DNA of 64,000 nt from Kiritimatiellia bacterium (GTDB lineage: Bacteria > Verrucomicrobiota > Kiritimatiellia > RFP12 > UBA1067): assembly GCA_050949565.1 (NCBI GenBank), contig JBMNFY010000017.1:576001-640000 (forward strand), written 5' to 3'. The notes below the pieces were generated by a model. That model was not told where the DNA came from. It did not search any database and saw only the letters and a program-made list of their open reading frames with translations. The position numbers were made by a program, and so were the translations under genes. Positions 20,855 through 29,813 of the stretch are shown one piece after another; the first letter of the stretch is position 1, and the number at the start of each line of letters is the position of its first letter.

Positions 20855-21040
20855 CTATTCCTCCTCGGTTGTCCCTCGTTCCCGCCAGCCGACGGCCAGC
20901 GTGACGCCGGGCGCTGGCTGGCGGGCGCACACCTCCTTCAGATACTGAATGGGGCTCATTTTGGCATGCGGAAGGGGTTCCGGCAAGGTTGAACCGGACG
21001 GGGAAGAGGAATCCACTGGACGAACTGCCGCAGCACGGCG
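20855..21040 (-). pseudogene. possible C-terminal remnant of a lost upstream gene
   Basis: Short frame ending GTTEEE-stop that carries the GH95 SD (GAGGAGG); no credible start. Confidence 0.3.
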
Positions 21041-21099
21041 TACACTGTCCTCGTCGGTTTCGGGGACGTGAACCCAAACAATCAAGGAGAAGACGTTTC

Positions 21100-24012
21100 A
21101 TGCGAACGAGTTACGCTGAAGGAAAGTTTTGTCGCCTTCAAAAAATCGCGGTGTTTGCCACGCTCCTCTGTGCGTTGGCGGCGCCCGTCTCTCGCGGGGA
21201 AATGAAAGCACCGGGGAGCCTGTTCATCAAGTGCGACACGTTCTTGTACGGGATTGACTCTGCGGGAAAGAATCTCCATTTCATCGACAAGTCCACCGGA
21301 AAGGACTACTACAACCGTTCCGCAAGCGGAGATTGGCAGCATTGCGCGTTCGTGAAAAAGGACGGGAAAACGTTCCCGGTCTCGTCCGCCGCCATGGCGG
21401 ACGGCCTGCTGAATCTGCGTTTTGACGGAGCGGACGCCACGGCCGCGATCCGTGTGATCAATGAGCGAGACCGGGTTGTGCTTGAGATTCAGGAGGTGAC
21501 GGGCGATCCGGAATCCATCACGTTCTTGAACATTCCGCTCACGCTTGAGGCGCGACCGTCCGAGCCGTTTGCCGCCTGCGCGCTCTCCCTGAACCTGTTC
21601 ACGCACGTCCACCAACTTCCCGCCCTGCAAACCGAGTTGTGGGCAACCTGTTACAAACGGTTCGGATACAAAGGCGGGCGGGTCGCAGTGATCGGAGTGC
21701 CCCAGAAGTCGATCATCCCGGTGATCCGGAAGGTCATGACGGCCGCCGCGCCAGATATCCCTTTCAATGATCAGGGCGGTGCCTGGGCACTCGATGCGAA
21801 AGAGGGGCGCGGCTCCTACCTGATGAACTTCGGCAGCCTGACCGAAGAGACGGTCGACCAATGGATCGAGAACTGTCAGCGCATCGGCTTCACCCAGATC
21901 GACAACCACGGGGGCGGCGAGTCGTTTTTCCTGTTCGGAAGTATGGAGCTGAACAAGCAGCGTTTCCCTGAAGGGTGGCAAACCTTCAAAAAGATTGTCG
22001 ACAAGTTGCACCGCGCGGGGATATCCTCAATCCTCCACACCTATGCCTGCTACATCGGGCCGCAGTCGAAATATGTGACGCCCGTGCCGCATCCGGGGCT
22101 TGACACCGTGGCCACTTTCACGCTCGCCAAACCGCTGTCTGTGGACGCGACGGAAATCGAGGTGAACGAATCGACCGCCAAGGCGCTGGGACGGGACGTG
22201 ACCTTGCGGATCGGCGACGAAATCATCGGGGTTTCGGGTGTCACCCAAACGGCGCCGTTCCGGTTCACCGGCTGTACGCGCGGACACCATAAGACAGTGG
22301 CTGCGGCTCATGCGGCGGGCGCGAAAGCGAGTATTCTCAAAACGTTCTGGGGCGGGCTGTATGTCCCGAACCCCGATTCGCCGCTCTTTAACGAGGTCGC
22401 TCAGAACACGGCCGACGTGGTGAACGAGTGCGGGTTCGACGGCATCTACTTCGACGCCATCGAAGGAATCCAACACATGTGGGGCCAGGAGAATTACTGG
22501 TATTACGGCGGCCGCTTCGTGTTTGAGGTTGCCAAACGCCTCAAGAAGCCGGTCGGCATGGAGTACGCCGGCATGATGCACTCCTGGTGGCATTACCGCT
22601 CCCGGTATCAGGCGTGGGACTCTCCGGCGCGGGGATACAAGCGGTTTCTGGACATCCATATCGCCTCGATGAACGCCGGCGAAGAGTACCAGCATGGAGC
22701 ATGGACAGGGCACCGCCCGAAAATCGACAAATATGCCCCAATGAACGAGAACGCGCTTTACCTTCCCTTCCAGTTCGGGTGGTGGCGGTTCCACGTATGG
22801 GGCGGTGCACAGTCCGAGCCGACCTTCGCCGACGATGTCGAATATTACTGCTGCAAGATGATCGGCCATAACGCCGGTCTCTCTTTGAACGGCGATATCG
22901 GCGAGTCGATGTTGAATAGCTATCCGGTGTTCAGGGATTACGTGAGCATGGTGAAGCAGTATGAGAAACTGCGCCACGCCAATTACTTCGGCGAGTCTGT
23001 CCGCAAGCAGTTGCGGCAAGTCGAAAAAGATTTCACGCTGTTCCGGGGTCAGGACGGGAAATGGAACTTCAAGCCGGTCGCCTACAACGCGCACCTGGTG
23101 CGCGGGCTGCGGCACCCCACCGCGCAGTGGGCCGTTCAGAATGATTACGCGGAACAGCCCGTCAAACTGCGCATCGAGCCGATGTTGTCCGCCGGCCTCG
23201 TGAACAGCCCGGAACCGTTCCTGCTGCTTGATCCGGCAAAAGCGGATGAAGTTAAGGTAGCGCGTATGGCCGCAGGCGTCACTTGTTCCGCGCAACCGTC
23301 TTCCGTTGCCGTCCCGGCCACGGGGGAGCCGGCCATTGAGGTCTCCGCCCTGAGCACCGGGGCTGTCCCGATCGAAGGGTCGTGGGTTTCGATCCGCCGG
23401 ACCTTCCCGGCGGCGACCAACCTGTGGGGCCGCGAGGCGATCGGCGTCTGGATTCATGGGGACGGTAACGGCGAGTTGCTGAACTTTAAGGTCGGCGGCT
23501 CCCACCATTACGTCACCGTCGATTTCACGGGGTGGAACTATTTCGAACTGGTTGAGGCAGAATCAACCCGCGCCAGAGACTATATCTGGCCCGAGGGGAA
23601 CGTGTACACCTATTTCACGGATTGGGGACACAAGGGTTACAAGACGGCGCAGAATTTTGAACTTTGGCTCAACAACCTTCCGGCGAACAAACGCGTGAAT
23701 GTGCGGATCGGACCGGTGAAAGCGCTGGATCTCGTCGAGAAGACAGTCAAGAATCCCGCAGTCCATGTGAACGGCGCGGCCGTCACATTCCCCGTGGAGA
23801 TGTCCACCGGCATGTATCTGGAAATGAAATCCGGCGCAGAGTGCAACCTGTACAGCAAAGCCGGAAAGATAATCCAAAAGGTGACGCCCCAAGGCGGTGT
23901 GCCGGTGCTCAAACAGGGTAAAAACGCGCTCTCCTTTACCGGCGAAAGTGCAGGGCCGGACGAAACGCGTGTGCGAGTCACGGTCATCGCCGAAGGCGCA
24001 CCCCTTCAATGA
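21100..24012 (+). CDS. large secreted protein, probable glycoside-hydrolase-like TIM barrel plus carbohydrate-binding-like module
   Basis: SD AAGGAG; signal peptide; GFDGIYFDA motif; late GVWIHGDGNGE...VDFTGW module. Confidence 0.7.
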   Translation: MRTSYAEGKFCRLQKIAVFATLLCALAAPVSRGEMKAPGSLFIKCDTFLYGIDSAGKNLHFIDKSTGKDYYNRSASGDWQHCAFVKKDGKTFPVSSAAMADGLLNLRFDGADATAAIRVINERDRVVLEIQEVTGDPESITFLNIPLTLEARPSEPFAACALSLNLFTHVHQLPALQTELWATCYKRFGYKGGRVAVIGVPQKSIIPVIRKVMTAAAPDIPFNDQGGAWALDAKEGRGSYLMNFGSLTEETVDQWIENCQRIGFTQIDNHGGGESFFLFGSMELNKQRFPEGWQTFKKIVDKLHRAGISSILHTYACYIGPQSKYVTPVPHPGLDTVATFTLAKPLSVDATEIEVNESTAKALGRDVTLRIGDEIIGVSGVTQTAPFRFTGCTRGHHKTVAAAHAAGAKASILKTFWGGLYVPNPDSPLFNEVAQNTADVVNECGFDGIYFDAIEGIQHMWGQENYWYYGGRFVFEVAKRLKKPVGMEYAGMMHSWWHYRSRYQAWDSPARGYKRFLDIHIASMNAGEEYQHGAWTGHRPKIDKYAPMNENALYLPFQFGWWRFHVWGGAQSEPTFADDVEYYCCKMIGHNAGLSLNGDIGESMLNSYPVFRDYVSMVKQYEKLRHANYFGESVRKQLRQVEKDFTLFRGQDGKWNFKPVAYNAHLVRGLRHPTAQWAVQNDYAEQPVKLRIEPMLSAGLVNSPEPFLLLDPAKADEVKVARMAAGVTCSAQPSSVAVPATGEPAIEVSALSTGAVPIEGSWVSIRRTFPAATNLWGREAIGVWIHGDGNGELLNFKVGGSHHYVTVDFTGWNYFELVEAESTRARDYIWPEGNVYTYFTDWGHKGYKTAQNFELWLNNLPANKRVNVRIGPVKALDLVEKTVKNPAVHVNGAAVTFPVEMSTGMYLEMKSGAECNLYSKAGKIIQKVTPQGGVPVLKQGKNALSFTGESAGPDETRVRVTVIAEGAPLQ

Positions 24013-25022
24013 AACCTGAAACAAAAAAACGATGGTCGCAAGCCGCTTGCGCGTCCTTGGCATGGCTTTGCTGCTTTTGCAGTGCAGCGCTGCAAGCCGC
24101 CGCGCAAACGATCGCCACGCAACACGGTGGCGTGACCTTTGACTCCGCCCCTGAAGCACCGGTCGTGCTGGCACCGCCGCCGGTACGCGCCACAGGCGAC
24201 CTCGTAATGGCCACGTTACCGGTGGCCCGCGAACCGATCCGCTTCTATCTGACCTTCGGCACCGTCGGCCGTTACGGCCCTTACACCCTCTCCCACAACG
24301 CCCGCATCGGTCCGCCGCATGCCACATATCTGCTGGGCCTTGTCGATCAAGGACGGCGCTTCACACTGACCGCTCCGCACGCGACCAACACAGTTTACGG
24401 CCCCTTCGCGACAACCGACGGCACCTCCGTCCGCCTAGGCCAGGCCGAGATGACGTTCGTGCGCATCGCACCGGTCCTGACCGTCGCGCTCACGCATCCC
24501 GACCGTATCAACCAACTCCCGCTGATCGGCATCGCGCCCGACTCGCCCGCGCTTGAGCGCGAGTTGTACATGCTGCGCGCCAAGTACGCCTCACTCGCCA
24601 ACCGCGTCGACGCCGAAACCGCAGATGTTCACTTTCATGGCATGCCGCGCGTCACAAGACGCCGCTCGGGCACGATCGTCTCACCGACCATCAGCCCTTC
24701 GCAACGCGACAAGCAGAACGCCACACGCGGCGCGGAACTGAGCGCGGTACGTTTTCTCGAAACACTCATGCAGCAACACTTCCGCATCCGGTCGCAGGCC
24801 ATGAGCGGCGCACTGCGCTGGCAGTTCGCCATGCCTCCGGGCAACTACATCTTCTGTGCGATGCAAAAAGTAAAAGACCCCCAGGCCACGGGGGTCGCCG
24901 GGCTGTCGACCGCTATCTGGTGGACGCCCTTTGCATTTGACGGTGAGTATCCTCTTGCGCTGACGCTCACCGCCGAAAATGCCATCATCTGGCGCGACGT
25001 GTTCGTACTCGAACGCGAGTGA
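24009..25022 (+). CDS. secreted hypothetical protein
   Basis: Signal-peptide-like N-terminus; ATGA overlap with the upstream stop. Confidence 0.7.
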   Translation: MKPETKKRWSQAACASLAWLCCFCSAALQAAAQTIATQHGGVTFDSAPEAPVVLAPPPVRATGDLVMATLPVAREPIRFYLTFGTVGRYGPYTLSHNARIGPPHATYLLGLVDQGRRFTLTAPHATNTVYGPFATTDGTSVRLGQAEMTFVRIAPVLTVALTHPDRINQLPLIGIAPDSPALERELYMLRAKYASLANRVDAETADVHFHGMPRVTRRRSGTIVSPTISPSQRDKQNATRGAELSAVRFLETLMQQHFRIRSQAMSGALRWQFAMPPGNYIFCAMQKVKDPQATGVAGLSTAIWWTPFAFDGEYPLALTLTAENAIIWRDVFVLERE

Positions 25023-25031
25023 CCGCGCCGC

Positions 25032-25373
25032 CTATTTTTGGGCGGCGCGTGCCCGCGCTTGGTTGATTGCCGCCGCTTGCTTGCCGACTGCTTCGACCGT
25101 CTTGCCGTTGGCTTTGGCAATCGCCGTGTATCCAATCTTGCGATCCGCATTCTCCGCATTGACCACCCCGGTCTTGGTTGCATCAAGACCGGCTTTGGCC
25201 ACGAGATAACCGTCCGCGCCCTCTGACGCATCACCCGCCTTCAGAATCTGTGTGATCTGTGCGTTGCGTTCTTTGCGCCGGGCCTTCGCCGCCTCAATGT
25301 CATCCGCTTGCGCCACGCAGGCCACACCCACCAGCACTGCCATCACGGCACCCATCACTGGTCTCATCATCAT
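25032..25373 (-). CDS. ydbL: YdbL/DUF1318 family protein
   Basis: GDASEGADGYL, VNAENADR..GY..IA motifs; gene order. Confidence 0.8.
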   Translation of the reverse strand: MMMRPVMGAVMAVLVGVACVAQADDIEAAKARRKERNAQITQILKAGDASEGADGYLVAKAGLDATKTGVVNAENADRKIGYTAIAKANGKTVEAVGKQAAAINQARARAAQK

Positions 25374-25399
25374 TTTGCCTTCCTTTCCCGGCTAGGCCG

Positions 25400-25564
25400 T
25401 TAATCGAAATTCAAGAAATCTTCCAGTTCCTTCTGCACCTTCAGGTTCACATCCATCGTGATGTGGATCGGTTTGATCTCATGCTCTGTTTTGACGGACA
25501 GGCACCCGCCCGCCGCTAGCGCCATCAAGATCCCAACCACCACCGCTCGTCTCATTCTCCTCAT
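25400..25564 (-). CDS. ynbE: YnbE-like lipoprotein
   Basis: Lipobox AGGC; KPIHITMDVNLKV. Confidence 0.8.
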   Translation of the reverse strand: MRRMRRAVVVGILMALAAGGCLSVKTEHEIKPIHITMDVNLKVQKELEDFLNFD

Positions 25565-25586
25565 GCACTCCTCTCCTTCCTGAAAA

Positions 25587-28500
25587 TCATCGTTTGGGCG
25601 CCTGCTGACGCGACGCATCCAATCCCATGTTCACTAGTTTCTCCAATGGCCCGTGGAGATTCAAGTTCAAATCCACCGGCGCGGGCCATGCCTTGTCGTT
25701 AGATTTGCCGACCAACTTGATCCGCAATGTCCCCTCGCCGTCCGCCCGCGGCTCCAAATCCAGCTTGAGCATGTTGAAATCCAAGTCGCTCAACGCTTGG
25801 GCCAACGGCTTCTGCACATCGCCCTTGATTCCCGAGCGCTCCAGCAGTGCCCGCATCTGCTCGCTGTCCTCAAGTCGCAACGAACCGCCCTGCCCCGGCA
25901 ACGAATAGAGGAAACCGGGCGCAAGCCGTACATGGCCCTCTTTGATCCTCACCGGGAAGCGGCCGAACAACACCCCTTCCATCCGCCCCTTGAAAGGCAT
26001 GACCATCATCAGCGCCTCACCCAGATCAATGCGGTCGGCATACACCACAAACTCATCGCTCGGCCGCACAAACTCCCAGTTCACCGAGTAGGCATTGAGA
26101 CTGCCCTTGCACCAGCCGACCTCGGCTCGGTCCACAAAGATCCCGCGGCGCGTCACCTGAAAATCAACACGCCCTTGGTCGAAGGACACGTTTCCGACCT
26201 TCGCATGAGTAAACGCAACAAAGGGCTGTTCTATTGTCCGGAAAAAGACACCCACCGAAAACGGTATGTCAGCGGTGACGCCACGCACCTCGGCTTGTTC
26301 CTTGCGCAACCAGCCCTCATTGACGCGTAGCCGACCGATCACATGCGGACGCACCCCCAAGAGACGCATGTTCGCCTCGGCGGCCACACGTCCGCCGACC
26401 TCGACCCCGGGCACCTTGTCGCGGACCAGCGCCATAAGCGCATCTGTCGGCTCCAACTCGGTTTCAGGCAGCGTGACCGTAAGCCGCATCGCACGCGGAT
26501 CACGTAACGGGATTTGCGCCTCCGTCTGCACACGCAGCGCGCTCTCCGACAGCCGCAGCGCGATTTGCGCCGTGACCGTATCGTCATCAGCCGACCATTT
26601 CATACCGTCCATCTCGACCGCGATGCCCTGCGCCTCCAACCGCTGCCAAGCCAGCCGCTGCTCCGGTCGGAAGGCCAGTCCGTCCGCCGCCGACCAATTG
26701 AACGGCAGCTCCATGGAGGCCTGCTCCAGCCGTGCCTGAGAACCGCTCTCGGCCCAGGCGTTACTGACGGCAAGCGTCACGTCTGCCGCCCATTGCGGAT
26801 GTGCGATGCGTTTGAACTCCGGAATCTCAAAGCGCGCACCCAGACTCTCCGCGCCGGCCGTCAACGTGCGATTCGTCTCCGGCCCGGTCTGCGCCTTGAC
26901 CTCACGCGCCCACACTGCGCCGCGCGCTGCCAGACTGTCGGTGCTGTAACGGATTTCGGCCGCGCCGCCCAACCGTCCCGCCACCTGCGCCTGCTGCTGC
27001 GTCCAAGCCGTCGGCGCGTCAGGCAGTGTCAGCGCGATGCGCCACACCGGATTGGATGACAGGCTGGACACCACGGCCTCACCCTCGAAACGCACGCGCC
27101 CCTCGTCTAGCGTCAGCGGTAATTTGGGCAGCACGCGCGCTTCACCCAGATGCCCCGTGAACGTACCACGCGCCTCCGCATAAGGCGGCCGCGTCGTCAG
27201 TTTCGTATTAACACTCCCCGTGAGGGTGAACGCATCGCGAAAGACATACCCATCTTGCAACGTGATCTCGCAACGCACCGCGCCCGGCTTGGAGGATTCA
27301 ACATCGGCCTCGCCGACCACCCGCACCGCTTTGGCGCCAACATAAGTACCGGAAAGTGGCGCGGACGAGCGCAACGCCTCAGCCGCGTACTGCACGCGAC
27401 CGTCCCACGAGCCGCCCGGCGGACACTGCGCTTCAGCATCAACCTTCAACGTGCCGCCGTCGGAAAAAAAGATCGGCACGAGCGGCAACACACGCGGCAA
27501 CAGCGTCGCAATCGAGCGTCCCGGCAGATCGCTCTCCAACGAGGCGTTCAGCCGCTGCCCCGCCGCTTCCTGCTGCCACCGCCCCGAGCCCCGCAGACTA
27601 AGCATCCGCCCGCGTTCTTGCGATGTTCCAAGTCCCTGCCCCCAAGCAAACCCGGACAGACCGGCATTGACCCGAAACTGTACATCCCGCGGCGTGCCCG
27701 ACGCCTCGATCCGCGCACTCTGCAACACCGCATGCGCCTGACGCGACGGCAGGTCGAACCGGCTGTTGCGCCCGAGCGCCAGCGAGAGTTGAAACGGCTG
27801 GACGTTGGTCCACGCCACCACCGCAAACTCGCCCCGCGCTGTCAGACTGGCACCCGCCGCTGGCTCAACCGCGCAGTGCGACAGCGCGTCGGGAGCCAGT
27901 TGACGCGCAACCGCCAGGCCGCCGGCGAGATCAGGGAAAGCCAACTCCGATGTGAGCGTGACCGCGCCTTTCGCAAGATCCGCGCTGCCGACCAGCCTCA
28001 CTTGGGACAGCATACCCGTGCTCGATCCCTCGCCCTGCACCTGTCCCCAGAAGCGGTAGCGCCCGTCGGCTTCGCCGACACCGCCGCCTGAAAAAGCGAG
28101 GCACGCCAGCGGCTCGGCCGGATCAGACGGCGTCGCCACCGCGATCCGCACATCGTGCAGGGTCGTCATCCAAAACGAAAAGGGCGGCGCATCAGACACC
28201 GGCCGCGCGCGGTCGGAACGGTCAGATGTCGGCAACAGAGGCTTCAGACGCTCAGCTAATGGCGACACCCACGCACCATCTTGAACCAGCAGGGTCGTGC
28301 GCACGCCTTGAACGTGAATACGTTCGACATGGCGTCGCGGCAAATCGTCCGGCGAATAATGCAGGTCGATCTGGTCGATCGCCAGAAGCGGGACCGGCCC
28401 CTCGCCCCAGTGCACGTCACGCAACGCCAGCCGCCACGGCGAGAGCTTGGTCAACCGGAAAGAGACATCATCGATACCCTGACGCGCCAGCACCGCATGC

Positions 28501-28634
28501 ACCGCGCGCGTCGCGATATGGATACGCCGCAACCAGAGCGTCGCCGCTGCGAGCATGACACTAACCGCCACCACGCCCACAACAATAGACACCCCACGAA
28601 CCACGCGCTTGAATACGATAACAGGGGAAAACAT
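25587..28634 (-). CDS. ydbH: YdbH-family intermembrane bridge-like (AsmA-like) protein
   Basis: N-terminal TM, long beta-rich body, C-terminus ALSDLDF...PVDLNLNLHG; upstream of ynbE and ydbL. Confidence 0.8.
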   Translation of the reverse strand: MFSPVIVFKRVVRGVSIVVGVVAVSVMLAAATLWLRRIHIATRAVHAVLARQGIDDVSFRLTKLSPWRLALRDVHWGEGPVPLLAIDQIDLHYSPDDLPRRHVERIHVQGVRTTLLVQDGAWVSPLAERLKPLLPTSDRSDRARPVSDAPPFSFWMTTLHDVRIAVATPSDPAEPLACLAFSGGGVGEADGRYRFWGQVQGEGSSTGMLSQVRLVGSADLAKGAVTLTSELAFPDLAGGLAVARQLAPDALSHCAVEPAAGASLTARGEFAVVAWTNVQPFQLSLALGRNSRFDLPSRQAHAVLQSARIEASGTPRDVQFRVNAGLSGFAWGQGLGTSQERGRMLSLRGSGRWQQEAAGQRLNASLESDLPGRSIATLLPRVLPLVPIFFSDGGTLKVDAEAQCPPGGSWDGRVQYAAEALRSSAPLSGTYVGAKAVRVVGEADVESSKPGAVRCEITLQDGYVFRDAFTLTGSVNTKLTTRPPYAEARGTFTGHLGEARVLPKLPLTLDEGRVRFEGEAVVSSLSSNPVWRIALTLPDAPTAWTQQQAQVAGRLGGAAEIRYSTDSLAARGAVWAREVKAQTGPETNRTLTAGAESLGARFEIPEFKRIAHPQWAADVTLAVSNAWAESGSQARLEQASMELPFNWSAADGLAFRPEQRLAWQRLEAQGIAVEMDGMKWSADDDTVTAQIALRLSESALRVQTEAQIPLRDPRAMRLTVTLPETELEPTDALMALVRDKVPGVEVGGRVAAEANMRLLGVRPHVIGRLRVNEGWLRKEQAEVRGVTADIPFSVGVFFRTIEQPFVAFTHAKVGNVSFDQGRVDFQVTRRGIFVDRAEVGWCKGSLNAYSVNWEFVRPSDEFVVYADRIDLGEALMMVMPFKGRMEGVLFGRFPVRIKEGHVRLAPGFLYSLPGQGGSLRLEDSEQMRALLERSGIKGDVQKPLAQALSDLDFNMLKLDLEPRADGEGTLRIKLVGKSNDKAWPAPVDLNLNLHGPLEKLVNMGLDASRQQAPKR

Positions 28635-28683
28635 GGGGCATAGTATACCCCATAAGTGCGCCCGTTGGGCACTGGTTTTTGCA

Positions 28684-28730
28684 GCCCGCCAGCCAGCGGC
28701 CAGCGCAACGCTGGCCGCTGGTTGGCGGGC
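28684..28730. other. 22-bp stem hairpin with 3-nt loop
   Basis: gcccgccagccagcggccagcg-caa-cgctggccgctggttggcgggc (one G-T pair). Confidence 0.8.
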
Positions 28731-28734
28731 CAAC

Positions 28735-29125
28735 AAAAAACAAGTTGTTTAACCACGAAGACACGAAGGGCACGAAGTTTTTGGGGCACCGTTCGGGTTT
28801 TTTGCATCCACAGATTACAGATTACGCAAATTTTTTAGGGGCAGGGCTCGGGTTTTGGGAACCACGGAATACACGGAACACACGGAAAGGCACTGCTCGG
28901 TTGTTTCACGCGAAGACGCGAAGGTTTTTTTGGGGCACTGCTCACGAATAGCCGCAAAGAACGCAAAGAGGGATATTGGGGTTTTGGCATGACTCGGCTT
29001 TTTCTCTCACAGAGGCGCAGAGGACACGGAGGTTTTGGGGGATAACGCGCCCCCAGACAAACTCATGCACTAATTAACTAACGCACTAATTAACTTGGGT
29101 TGCGGGCTGTGCCCGCATTAGATTT
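28735..29125 (+). repeat. composite linker/9-mer-unit intergenic array
   Basis: GGCA-N3-CTCGG-type linkers at about 28785, 28840, 28889, 28934 and 28986, separating different tandem units. Confidence 0.85.
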
Positions 29126-29607
29126 ATCGTCAGGTACCAAGCTGTGTGGCACGGGCATCTTGCCCGTGTGGCGGCGTGAAACGCCGCCCGGACGAGCGAC
29201 GCTCGTCCCTCCCGGCGCTCCGCGAGCCCGAATCGCAGCACTGGAGGGCGAGTGTCCCCACGAGCCGCCGTCCGCGCAAAATTTAAACACCCAACGCTCA
29301 ACTTTCCGTGGTCTAAACACCTGTCCCTTTGTCGTCCACGAAGGCACAAGGGACACGAAGGTTTTGGGGGATAACGCGCCCCCAGACAAACTAATGCACT
29401 AATTAACTAACGCACTAATTAACTTGGTTTGCGGGCTGTGCCCGCATTAGATTTACCGTCAGGTGCCGAGCTGTGTGGCACGGGCATCTTGCCCGTGTGG
29501 CGGCGTGAAACGCCGCCCGGACGAGCAACGCTCGTCCCTCCCGGCGCTCCGCGAGCCCGAATCGCAGCACTGGAGGGCGAGTGTCCCCACGAGCCGCCGT
29601 CCGCGCA
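29022..29607 (+). repeat. direct duplication of a ~257-bp REP-rich block, period 329 bp
   Basis: 29022-29278 vs 29351-29607; 7 substitutions counted by eye. Confidence 0.92.
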
Positions 29608-29691
29608 CAGCGCGGCTCTTGTCACCGCACTCCAAATTTTCCGCCGCGCCATGAGCGGCACAACAATCCTGTCAATCCTGTCAATCCTGTC
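29601..29691. repeat. REP-like arm plus (AATCCTGTC)x3
   Basis: ccgcgcacagcgcggctcttgtcaccgcactccaa also occurs at about 57115 and 58118, each followed by AATCATGTT repeats. Confidence 0.85.
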
Positions 29692-29813
29692 AAAAAAAAC
29701 ATCCTGCTTTTCACCAGAAACGCATTATCTTCGCACACCTCTGTCACGAACCGATTACTTTGGCAAACTGAGCGTCGCAGGTCGAATGTCGCCGGTCGCG
29801 GGGCAGGCGCCTC

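Noticed and set aside
28735-29125. CRISPR array
   Set aside because: Linkers are degenerate, the intervening units are low-complexity tandem repeats shared between loci, spacing is irregular, and there are no cas genes. Reported as a different array type.
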